Shown piece after piece: positions 43,632-51,594 of a DNA stretch of 51,594 nt. The stretch is taken from positions 1-51,594 of the forward strand of contig SICR01000002.1 in assembly GCA_009691335.1 (NCBI GenBank), in the 5' to 3' direction. The translations under genes and the position numbers were made by a program. The notes under the pieces were generated by a model that worked only from the letters and a program-made list of their open reading frames with translations, had not been told where the DNA came from and searched no databases. The stretch's first letter is position 1, and every line of letters starts with the position of its first letter. Origin of the DNA: Candidatus Zambryskiibacteriota bacterium. Its GTDB lineage: Bacteria; Patescibacteriota; Minisyncoccia; Phycocordibacterales; Zambryskibacteraceae.

Positions 43632-44849
43632 TTAGATGTAATCTACCAATGAATATGTCGGTGCGAGCATCGAGATGGCGAAGATGCCCACTCCGATGCC
43701 GATAATAACCATAAGTACGGGCTCTATAATAGTAGAGAGGTCCTTAGTCTTCTGATCTATTTCTGCCTCATAATAGCCGGCTACCCCCATAAGCATGGTG
43801 GAAATTTTACCAGTCTCTTCTCCCACGGCAGTCATCTCGCTCATAAATACTGGATAAAGATGCTCGTATTGGGAAAATATCGCCGACATGGCCTCGCCTT
43901 TCTGTATGGCAGAGCGGGCGTGATTGAGCGCCTCCTTATAAAGATGATTCTGAAGAACCTCGCTTGTAACTTCTAGTGCCACCACTATCTCAACTCCGGA
44001 GGAAAGCAAAGATGAGAGCGTGCGAGCGGTTCTTGCTACCTGAACTTCACGTATCATCTCGCCTATGACCGGAATCTTCAAAGAAACAATGTCAAAAAGA
44101 TTTTGCCCCCTCTGACTTCTCCAAAAGGCCAAGACCGCCACGACAACTGCAACGAAAAATACCAAAACCAAGAAAGTGTTGTTAACCAGAAATGAGCTTG
44201 CCGCAATAAGAATTCTTGTCGGTAGAGGAAGTTCCACGCCTAAACCGGAAAAGGTGGCAGTCAGCGTAGGTACCATAAAGATCAAGAGAAGAATGGCCAG
44301 AACTATCATGACACCGATGATAACGACTGGATATATAAGGGCACCCCGAACCTTCTTGACCAACTGGTAAGACTTCTCCATCTGGCTCGCTACTATTGCC
44401 AAGGAACCAGCCACCCCACCAGACTCTTCTCCTGCCTTGACCATAGAAATAAACAGGGGCGAGAAAACCTTAGATCTTTTGCCTAGCGCATCCGAGAGCG
44501 TAGTGCCATGATTAACATCGTCTTCGAGCTCGGTTAGGAGAGATTTTAACGCAACCTTTTTGGCTTGTTTACTCATAACCGCGAGAGCTCTGGTGACAGA
44601 GAGCCCGGCCTCTATCATAAGGCCCAAATTTTTAGCGAAATTTATCTTCTCTTGTGTTTTAATTTTATGGAAAAGATTTTCAAACTTAAAAGAGGTTGGC
44701 ATTTTGAGACTTTTTACCTCATGGATAGAGACGACAGTACCACCCTCTTCACGAATGATGCCATAGAGTGAGAGCCTGTCAGATGCCTCGACGGTTTTCT
44801 CATAGACTTCCCCTGTTACCTTCTTTGCTTGATATTTAAATTGAGCCAT
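43632..44849 (-). CDS. pilC: Type IV pilus / type II secretion platform protein (PilC/GspF family)
   Basis: 405 aa. Two GspF repeats ('LSDALGKRSKVFSPLFISMVKAGEESG', 'MSAIFSQYEHLYPVFMSEMTAVGEETG') and 3 TM. Confidence 0.9.
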   Translation of the reverse strand: MAQFKYQAKKVTGEVYEKTVEASDRLSLYGIIREEGGTVVSIHEVKSLKMPTSFKFENLFHKIKTQEKINFAKNLGLMIEAGLSVTRALAVMSKQAKKVALKSLLTELEDDVNHGTTLSDALGKRSKVFSPLFISMVKAGEESGGVAGSLAIVASQMEKSYQLVKKVRGALIYPVVIIGVMIVLAILLLIFMVPTLTATFSGLGVELPLPTRILIAASSFLVNNTFLVLVFFVAVVVAVLAFWRSQRGQNLFDIVSLKIPVIGEMIREVQVARTARTLSSLLSSGVEIVVALEVTSEVLQNHLYKEALNHARSAIQKGEAMSAIFSQYEHLYPVFMSEMTAVGEETGKISTMLMGVAGYYEAEIDQKTKDLSTIIEPVLMVIIGIGVGIFAISMLAPTYSLVDYI

Positions 44850-44929
44850 AGGGAAAAATTTTCAATAAATTAATTATACAGCAAGATTTCTTCTTATTTT
44901 GTGAGTATTCCAGTGCTTCAACATACCTA

Positions 44930-45040
44930 TTATTTATAAATATCGTGATTATCGATATTGAGAAATCCAACTCCTCCGTTTGATAAATATTCAAATATGA
45001 TTCTATACCGATAGTTTATCCAAAACGCCCAGCAAAATGC
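44930..45040 (-). pseudogene. C-terminal remnant of a RelE/ParE-type toxin (no start codon, N-terminal ~2/3 missing)
   Basis: It reads on directly after the antitoxin stop: 'AFCWAFWINYRYRIIFEYLSNGGVGFLNIDNHDIYK*'. The 'YRIIFEY....V.FLNI.NH...Y' pattern is the RelE/ParE C-terminal sheet. Confidence 0.4.
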
Positions 45041-45289
45041 TTATACTCTTTTTAGAAGCTCGCCGAGATTACCGCGAAGCCCCTTTCCTTCTCTAATCTC
45101 TTTTTGGGCTGCACGCACATCCCGAATCAATTTAGGGCTGTAAACCAATCCCACTTCAAATTCATCTTCCACATATGCTTGTGTGGCACTCTTAAGCACG
45201 GCCGAAAAAGCAATGCCTTCCCGCTTGGCCTTTTTCATAGCCTGCTCTTTGAGCTTCTTATCAATTTTGAAAATTACTTGTTCTACCAT
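45041..45289 (-). CDS. RelB/DinJ-like ribbon-helix-helix antitoxin
   Basis: 'VIFKIDKKLKEQAMKKAKREGIAFSAVLKSATQAYV' gives a beta-strand plus two helices, followed by an extended C-terminal tail. Confidence 0.5.
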   Translation of the reverse strand: MVEQVIFKIDKKLKEQAMKKAKREGIAFSAVLKSATQAYVEDEFEVGLVYSPKLIRDVRAAQKEIREGKGLRGNLGELLKRV

Positions 45290-45320
45290 GTATATATTAC
45301 AAGTCTTACATGTAAATACC

Positions 45321-47075
45321 CTATTCTGAAATCACGCGTAAAACTTCCTCTATTGTGGTCATACCCTGCACCGCTTTGAAAATGCCATCCTCTATCATGG
45401 CTATCATGCCTTCTAACTTGGCTTGCTTCTCGATATCTGCCCCGGTCGCTCCTTTCATAATGAGTTCTTTGATGGTCGGGGTCATCTTAATCACTTCGTG
45501 GATGCCTATGCGACCAGCATAACCATCTTCTGACTCCTTACTTGGAACAGGTTTCCAAAATGGCACCTTATCCCAATCATCTTTTGCACCTATAACCTTT
45601 TCTCTCTTCAAAATCTCCAACAAACGCCCGAGATCAATGACCCCCCCAAGAGATTTCAACTCTTCTTTGCTCAAGAAATATTTATCCTTGCTTACAGCGA
45701 GCTTTCTAACCAAACGCTGGGCAATGACAACGTCTAGAGTAGAGACTAGGAGGAAAGGCTCCACCTTCATATCCAAGAGGCGCGGTATAGCTCCTGCGGC
45801 AGAGTTGGTGTGAAGGGTAGAGAGAACCAAGTGGCCAGTAAGTGCTGCATTGATAGCTAGACCGGCAGTTTCAACATCGCGAATTTCTCCGACCATAATG
45901 ATATCTGGGTCTTGGCGCACCAGAGTACGTAAACCGTTAGCAAAAGTTAGCCCAATTTCCGACCTAACTTGAGTCTGATTTATGCGGTTCATCTGATACT
46001 CTACAGGGTCTTCAACAGTGGAAATATTTACGTCCGGAGTATTCAATATATCTAACATGGTATAGAGGGTTGTAGTCTTGCCAGAACCTGTCGGACCTGT
46101 AGCCAGTATCATGCCAGTCGTAAGCTTGAGCGCCTTATGTATCTGTTCTAAACCATAACCACGAAAGCCGAGGCCTTCGAGAGTAAAGCCAGAAGCATTC
46201 TCGCGCAAAAGACGCATCACCACCTTTTCCCCATAATAAATCGGCAGAGTTGAGACACGGAAGGAAACTTTCTCCCCTTCCACATCTATCTTGAAGCGAC
46301 CATCTTGAGGCAAGCGCTTCTCGTCAAGCTTCAGATTAGAAAGCACTTTGATGCGGGCGATGATGCCTGAAGTAGTATTTTTCGGCAGAACCATAGCATC
46401 GCGTAGTAGACCATCGATGCGATAACGTACCAAAACTTGGGCTTCTTCCGGCTCAATGTGGATGTCAGAAGCGTTTTGTAGAATGGCATGCTTCATAAGC
46501 GTATCTACAATGCGAACGACGGGGATATCTTCGGCCAGCTTTTTGAGATCAGTCTCCGGCTGGTCATCATCGCCATATTTATCGCTTATTGGCGCGAGTT
46601 CCGAGGCTTGCTTTTGGATAATATCGCCAAATTCCGCCTTAAGAGTCTTTTGATAAGACATAAGCGCCCATTTCATAGATTCATCATCGGTAAGCCTTGG
46701 TAATATCCTTAAATGAACTTTTTTCTTTATGAAGTCGATAGCGGTCAGATCATCGGTATTAAGCATGGCTACCTCCAAGCTTTCTTGTCTCTTCTTAAAG
46801 GCGACAATATTGTGATTCCTAGCGATTGGCTCTGGAATAAGCGAGAGAACTTCGAAATCCAGCTTTTGATTTTTAAGATCTACGAAAGGTATGCCAAGAA
46901 TATAAGCTTGAGTCCGGCGTAAATCATCCTCCGTCAAGACTCCTCGCGTTACTAAAATATTACCAATACTGATACCCTTCTCTTGGGCGACGCTTTTAGC
47001 ACTTTCCAAGTCCTTTTTCGAAATTAGACCGGAATCGATGATGAAATTAATAAGCTGGCTTTCGTCAATGTGCAT
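45321..47075 (-). CDS. pilB: Type IV pilus assembly ATPase (PilB/GspE family)
   Basis: T2SSE_N-like N-terminus, Walker A 'GPTGSGKTTT', Asp box, Walker B 'DPDIIMVGEIRD', His box 'GHLVLSTLHTN'. Confidence 0.93.
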   Translation of the reverse strand: MHIDESQLINFIIDSGLISKKDLESAKSVAQEKGISIGNILVTRGVLTEDDLRRTQAYILGIPFVDLKNQKLDFEVLSLIPEPIARNHNIVAFKKRQESLEVAMLNTDDLTAIDFIKKKVHLRILPRLTDDESMKWALMSYQKTLKAEFGDIIQKQASELAPISDKYGDDDQPETDLKKLAEDIPVVRIVDTLMKHAILQNASDIHIEPEEAQVLVRYRIDGLLRDAMVLPKNTTSGIIARIKVLSNLKLDEKRLPQDGRFKIDVEGEKVSFRVSTLPIYYGEKVVMRLLRENASGFTLEGLGFRGYGLEQIHKALKLTTGMILATGPTGSGKTTTLYTMLDILNTPDVNISTVEDPVEYQMNRINQTQVRSEIGLTFANGLRTLVRQDPDIIMVGEIRDVETAGLAINAALTGHLVLSTLHTNSAAGAIPRLLDMKVEPFLLVSTLDVVIAQRLVRKLAVSKDKYFLSKEELKSLGGVIDLGRLLEILKREKVIGAKDDWDKVPFWKPVPSKESEDGYAGRIGIHEVIKMTPTIKELIMKGATGADIEKQAKLEGMIAMIEDGIFKAVQGMTTIEEVLRVISE

Positions 47076-47091
47076 GATATTCTATTTTAAC

Positions 47092-48189
47092 ATGAGAAAG
47101 GACTTTTATCGGAGTGTCTTCACTATTTTATTGTTTATTGCCGGAGGGACAATGCTGTTAAATCAGACTTCTTCTGAAGTCTCTCAAGAAATACACAATA
47201 TCAAAGCGCTTAAGAATGTAGGTGAACGGTCTAAGGAACTCCTGAAGCTTATTGACAGAGTCGGACCTATTGAGGCTCAGGAAAAGATGCTTAATTCAGG
47301 GATGCCCTTTGACGGAGAAACCCATCTTTTAATACACACCATTGGTGATTACATTTATGACTACTACGGTATCGACGGTCTCCCCTACTGTCGCGATTAT
47401 TTCTTATCTGCCTGCTATCACGGTTTTATCATCAATACCCTGGGAGATCATGGAGAGAGCGGTGTAGTGGAAGCGATAGAGAAATGTAACGAAGAAGGCA
47501 GACCTGTGGCGACGCAGTGCGCCCATGCTACCGGCCATGGATTCGTAGCTTGGCATGATTATGACCTCATAAAAGCTCTCAAGATGTGTGACGAGGTTGG
47601 GAATAAGATTACTAATTTTGGGTATTTCAACTGCTATGACGGAGTGTTTATGGAAAACATGTGGGGAGTCCACGATGGAGTCCCTTCAGAGAAAAGGTGG
47701 GTAAACCCAGACGATATTTACTACCCATGCAACGATCGGCGCATACCAGAGAAGTACTTGGGCGGATGTTGGGCCAATCAAGCTTCTCTTATATATCAAT
47801 ACTCCAAGGGAAACTTCAGAAAAACCGCTATCGCTTGCGATGCCGTAGGAAACTTAGAATATCGCAACACTTGTTACAACAATCTTGCCAGGCAAATTCA
47901 CCCATTGACTAACGGCAATAGCAAGAAAGTTCTTGAGCTTTGCGCTAACGCCACAGGAGAAGAGAGAATAAATGAGTGTATTCTCGTAAACATGGGCTCT
48001 TCGTGGTCGGTAGGAGATCGCAATGGTCCATATGAGATATGCGAGATCGTATCCGAACCTCTTAAGAGTAAGTGCCTTGACCGATTGATTGGTTTAGTAA
48101 GTTACCATTATGCTCTCGATCAAAAAAACCTAGAATTTTATTGTGATAAGATAACTCGCGAAACAGACAGACAAAGATGCAAACAATAA
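47092..48189 (+). CDS. Exported Cys/His-rich repeat protein, paralog 1 (unassigned family)
   Basis: N-terminal anchor 'VFTILLFIAGGTMLL'. Eight C-x(8-14)-C units. The start is taken after the divergent pilB ATG. Confidence 0.65.
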   Translation: MRKDFYRSVFTILLFIAGGTMLLNQTSSEVSQEIHNIKALKNVGERSKELLKLIDRVGPIEAQEKMLNSGMPFDGETHLLIHTIGDYIYDYYGIDGLPYCRDYFLSACYHGFIINTLGDHGESGVVEAIEKCNEEGRPVATQCAHATGHGFVAWHDYDLIKALKMCDEVGNKITNFGYFNCYDGVFMENMWGVHDGVPSEKRWVNPDDIYYPCNDRRIPEKYLGGCWANQASLIYQYSKGNFRKTAIACDAVGNLEYRNTCYNNLARQIHPLTNGNSKKVLELCANATGEERINECILVNMGSSWSVGDRNGPYEICEIVSEPLKSKCLDRLIGLVSYHYALDQKNLEFYCDKITRETDRQRCKQ

Positions 48190-49673
48190 ATAGATTTGAG
48201 ATTCAAGATTTAGGATTTAAGAATAGATTATTACTTCTTATTCTTACTACTTGCTTCTTACTTCCTACTTCCACTTTTGCTCACGGCGGAGTAAATGACG
48301 ATAAACTCATCATCCGAATGACTGAAAACGGCTTTGAGCCCAAAGAGCTCACTGTTGTAGAGGATGATGATGTCCTGTTCATCAACAATGACGAGGTGGA
48401 TCGCTGGCCTGCATCTAACTTCCACCCGACACATACTCTCTACCCAGAATTCGACCAGAAGGAAGGCCTCGCTCCGGGACAATCATGGACATTTAAATTC
48501 GAGAAAGTGGGCACTTGGCGGATGCACGACCATCTAGTCCCACACTTTACTGGCACTATCGTGGTTTTACCTGTCCCGAGCGTAGTCGCTGGAGAAAATC
48601 CAGAGAAAGATGAAGTTGATCCTCCACTTGGAAGCTCAACTTCCAAGTGGTTAAGTTTCAGTTTCTGGACAAAATTTAAAGCCTTTTTGCTCAAATTTTT
48701 TTATTCCCAAAATAATACAGCCGAGAACAGCACACAATTTAAAAATCTAAGCGAACAAAATAAATATAAATGGCTTGAAGATGTCTCTAACCGCGAAGGG
48801 CCTAAGGTTGCCTGGAAACTTGTACTAGATACATACAACACTCCTGAGGGAGTGTTGGGCAATCCACATGACATGGCCCACTTGGTTGGACAACTTATCT
48901 ATAAAGATTACGGCTTTGAAGGGCTCTCCACCTGCACCCCAGTTTTCGCCTTCGGCTGTTACCACGGACTTATGGAATCAGCTTTTGATAAGAACGGAGT
49001 CCGTGACAACGAAAAAAATCATCAGACAGACCTTCTGTCGGCAGAAACTGGCTGCCGACAAGTCGGCATTGAAACTTCCCCAACATATTGGAGCTGCATA
49101 CACGGCATGGGACACGGCATTGCCACTTTCCGTGAACATAATGCCGACAAATCTCTAGCAGACTGCGACATCCTTAAGGAATCTATTAGAACCTACTGCT
49201 ATGACGGAGTGTTTATGGAGTTTTCTATCAGTGCACCAGCAAATTTTTATAAAAAAAGTGACCCTATCTATCCGTGCAATGTCGTCCAAAATACACATAA
49301 AACCGCCTGCGCCCGCTCTCAAGTGCAAGTAATGAGGCTACGATTCCATATGGATACCAAATCTGTGGCAAATGTATGCATTAAAAGCGACAATCAAGAC
49401 ATCATTCATCACTGTATCGATGCCTTGGGATATTTCATCGCTCAAGACGCAACGGTTGGCGGTGCGGATAAGATAATAGCTGGTTGCAATGTTATAAGCG
49501 ATAAAAGTTCAGCCGCCCAATGCCTAGCTGCGGCTGCTGGTGAATTGGTTTTCCAAGATTCAGCCAATTGGCATTCAATTACTGAAAAAATCTGCGCGAG
49601 TCTCTCCGGAAAAGATGCGGGTAAGTGCCTAGCACGCATCACTCAAGTAAAATCCTCCTATGGCAGAAAATAA
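48177..49673 (+). CDS. Exported cupredoxin-like domain fused to the Cys/His-rich repeat domain, paralog 2
   Basis: Signal 'LLLLILTTCFLLPTSTFAHG'. Beta-rich 'IIRMTENGFEPKELTV...GTWRMHDHLVPHFTGTIVVLP'. Seven Cys-pair units follow. 13-nt overlap with paralog 1. Confidence 0.65.
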   Translation: MQTINRFEIQDLGFKNRLLLLILTTCFLLPTSTFAHGGVNDDKLIIRMTENGFEPKELTVVEDDDVLFINNDEVDRWPASNFHPTHTLYPEFDQKEGLAPGQSWTFKFEKVGTWRMHDHLVPHFTGTIVVLPVPSVVAGENPEKDEVDPPLGSSTSKWLSFSFWTKFKAFLLKFFYSQNNTAENSTQFKNLSEQNKYKWLEDVSNREGPKVAWKLVLDTYNTPEGVLGNPHDMAHLVGQLIYKDYGFEGLSTCTPVFAFGCYHGLMESAFDKNGVRDNEKNHQTDLLSAETGCRQVGIETSPTYWSCIHGMGHGIATFREHNADKSLADCDILKESIRTYCYDGVFMEFSISAPANFYKKSDPIYPCNVVQNTHKTACARSQVQVMRLRFHMDTKSVANVCIKSDNQDIIHHCIDALGYFIAQDATVGGADKIIAGCNVISDKSSAAQCLAAAAGELVFQDSANWHSITEKICASLSGKDAGKCLARITQVKSSYGRK

Positions 49674-50751
49674 ACCGCTCAAGAAGTGGGAACTATTGAC
49701 CACATTCGGACTTGTCCTAATGGTAGGATTATTTATTTCTCGCTCTGACATACCAATACAAAAAAGTCTAGAGAAAGATGTCATGAGTATCAAAAGCCAA
49801 TGTCAAAGCTTGAGAAACAAGGAGACTTGTTACGCCAAAGCCTTCGAAAACTTGACCAAGACCACTGATTGGAACCACTCTTTCGCAGTTCTGTACGAAC
49901 TTCAAAAGATAGAGCCAGAGTCCAGAGGGTGTCACTTCATTGCTCACTCCATAACTATCGCCGAGACGCAGAAAGACCCTTCCCGCTGGAGAGAAATAAT
50001 GAACGCCGCACCGCAAGGTTGCTCGTACGGCGCGTCACACGGAGCTTTGGAAGTCCACGCATCCACCTTCCCAGATGGCAAACTGCCTAAATCTGAAATA
50101 GCAAGTGTTTGCAACAACCCAGATACCAACAATTGCACCCACATTCTTGGGCATCTTCTTCTTATCATTAACGAAAACGACATCCCAGAATCTCTTAAGG
50201 ATTGCGAGAAGCTTCCTCACAATGACTTCGGCAAGTTTGAATGCCTAACCGGCGTATTTATGGAGCGCATAACCGCCTTCAACCTAGTAGAGCATGGTTT
50301 GGCTACAAGAGAATCCCTAAATTGGGTTCCAAGAGTTCCAGAGCTTGAGGCTCTATGTAGAGAGCAGATGGGGGTTCATTCCATAGCTTGTTGGAAAGAG
50401 ATAGTCCATGTCGCTCTAATAAAATTTAATAATAATCCTCAAAAAATAGTGGACTTCTGTGAGACTGCCCCTGATGAAGAAGGGGCGAGGGAATGCATCA
50501 ACCATTCACTAGGTATCATGGCGGGAAGTTACAGCTTCGAACTTGGCAAGATGAAGCCGATATGCGAGGCAAGAGCGGCCGCGCCAGACTTCAAAAGCCG
50601 CTGTTATGTCCAACTAGTGGGAGCTACCCTATCTACTATCCCCCAAGAAAAGTCGGAAGCAGTTAAATTTTGCAAAAGCATTGACTCTGTCTACCAAGAA
50701 GCTTGCTTCAAGAGAATTGATAACACTCTTAAGTTCTACACTGGCAACTAA
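49660..50751 (+). CDS. Exported Cys/His-rich repeat protein, paralog 3 (most divergent)
   Basis: Anchor 'LLTTFGLVLMVGLFI'. Nine Cys-pair units. 14-nt overlap with paralog 2. Confidence 0.65.
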   Translation: MAENKPLKKWELLTTFGLVLMVGLFISRSDIPIQKSLEKDVMSIKSQCQSLRNKETCYAKAFENLTKTTDWNHSFAVLYELQKIEPESRGCHFIAHSITIAETQKDPSRWREIMNAAPQGCSYGASHGALEVHASTFPDGKLPKSEIASVCNNPDTNNCTHILGHLLLIINENDIPESLKDCEKLPHNDFGKFECLTGVFMERITAFNLVEHGLATRESLNWVPRVPELEALCREQMGVHSIACWKEIVHVALIKFNNNPQKIVDFCETAPDEEGARECINHSLGIMAGSYSFELGKMKPICEARAAAPDFKSRCYVQLVGATLSTIPQEKSEAVKFCKSIDSVYQEACFKRIDNTLKFYTGN

Positions 50752-50844
50752 ACTAGGCAGTGATACAATTGAAAATGAATCCTGTACAAAATACATATAA
50801 TATTTCTCTACGGGAACCATAATTAACCATAAATTTCGCACGGA

Positions 50845-51360
50845 ATGAATAAAAAAATATCAATTATCGTAGGAGTACTCTTAGTGATTGCCAGCGTCTA
50901 CTGGCTCTCTACCATAAATCTGACAAACTACGGTATACCTGGCATACCTACTGATACAGGGCTTCAAACAAATAACGAGCCTAAAACAAACAGCATAAGT
51001 GTTACCAAGAAAGGTCCGTTGGGAATAGCTAATGATCAGGGCGGCGAGTATTTAGTAGACAAAGATGGACTTACTCTATATATGAATGTGAAGGACTCCA
51101 AGCAAACAAGCACCAACATAAAAGCAAGCTGTAATGCTGAGTGCGAGAAGACATGGCTCCCCTATACGGTAGGTGAGACTGAACCAGGAATCACAGAGAG
51201 TACTGACGCACTTCTCTCTAAGATCAATGTCCTCCTCAGAGCAGATGGCAAGAGACAATATACCCTAGGTAATCAAGCTCTCTACCGACACTTGAGTGAT
51301 GTTAAATTGGGTGATATGAACGGTCCAATAACTGGAGACTGGATGGTAGCAAAGCCTTAA
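50845..51360 (+). CDS. Secreted COG4315 / PF03640-type repeat protein (Yx(FWY)xxD-motif lipoprotein family)
   Basis: Signal/anchor 'ISIIVGVLLVIASVYWL'. Repeats 'LVDKDGLTLYMNVKDS......SCNAECEKTWLPY' and 'DGKRQYTLGNQALYRHLSD...GD'. Confidence 0.65.
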   Translation: MNKKISIIVGVLLVIASVYWLSTINLTNYGIPGIPTDTGLQTNNEPKTNSISVTKKGPLGIANDQGGEYLVDKDGLTLYMNVKDSKQTSTNIKASCNAECEKTWLPYTVGETEPGITESTDALLSKINVLLRADGKRQYTLGNQALYRHLSDVKLGDMNGPITGDWMVAKP

Positions 51361-51594
51361 AACTCCTCAAAGTTAGGATCGAAGTTGATCTGAACAGTGC
51401 CGTTGCAAGTGGCTTGTAGGCCATCGTTGTCTTGGACCGTGAGTGTGGCGTTCTTTGTGCCAATAGTGCTATATGTCCTGGTATAAGGATTGGATGACGG
51501 AGCTGGATTGGTGGGGATATTGGTGCCACTCCAAGAGTAGGTGTATGGAGGAGTACCACCAGAAACACTGCACTGCCACGTAACATTCTGACCA
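51357..51594 (-). CDS. 3' end of a gene continuing beyond the window: PKD/Ig-like repeat surface protein (partial)
   Basis: An open frame with no stop from the window edge: 'GQNVTWQCSVSGGTPPYTYSWSGTNIPTNPAPSSNPYTRTYSTIGTKNATLTVQDNDGLQATCNGTVQINFDPNFEEF*'. It is absent from the ORF track because there is no ATG in the window. Its stop overlaps the stop of the convergent + gene. Confidence 0.55.
   Translation of the reverse strand, partial: GQNVTWQCSVSGGTPPYTYSWSGTNIPTNPAPSSNPYTRTYSTIGTKNATLTVQDNDGLQATCNGTVQINFDPNFEEF

Noticed and set aside
51302-51586. 94-aa minus-strand ORF at the window end
   Set aside because: A different minus-strand frame is open to the window edge and encodes a PKD-like repeat. 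This ORF also overlaps the end of the + strand COG4315 gene.

Overview
This is a 51.6 kb window from a small, moderately AT-rich bacterial genome read with the standard code (TGA is a stop). Gene content and protein sizes suggest a Candidate Phyla Radiation / Patescibacteria-type organism; this is an inference. Supporting signs: no L30 gene between S5 and L15, very short L15, L3, L24 and PGK, ComEC plus type IV pilus genes, and many gene junctions without a Shine-Dalgarno. About 85% of the window is core machinery. Left part (+/- mixed): tRNA-Ser, recG, tRNA-Ile(UAU), ftsH, smpB-ssrA, infC-rpmI-rplT, and a beta-CASP nuclease. Centre (all minus strand, 11.9-31.5 kb): rpsL-rpsG-fusA / tuf-rpsJ-rplCDWB / rplJ-rplL / two non-ribosomal genes / rpsS...rplO-secY-adk-map-ndk. 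Right part: S2P protease, rpmB, a split ComEC interrupted by a SOD gene, rnhA-recJ, an LTD-like surface protein, HIT, and pgk-tpiA directly behind a pilB / pilC / pseudopilin cluster. The window ends with an accessory locus (47.1-51.4 kb) of three overlapping paralogous exported Cys/His-repeat proteins plus a COG4315-type secreted protein. The most interesting signals are listed here. (1) The unassigned Cys-pair repeat operon. (2) A ~60 nt module present twice, with compensatory substitutions and a mini-ORF that chains map to ndk through two ATGA overlaps. (3) A G+C-rich self-contained zinc-ribbon mini-cassette inserted between fusA and tuf. (4) rplJ-rplL plus two unrelated genes splitting the otherwise universal rplB-rpsS junction. 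(5) A promoter-to-terminator candidate sRNA downstream of ndk. (6) A genomically encoded tRNA-Ile with anticodon UAU. (7) A decayed RelB/RelE-type module inside the pilus operon. All family calls come from motif recognition by eye; no searches were run.
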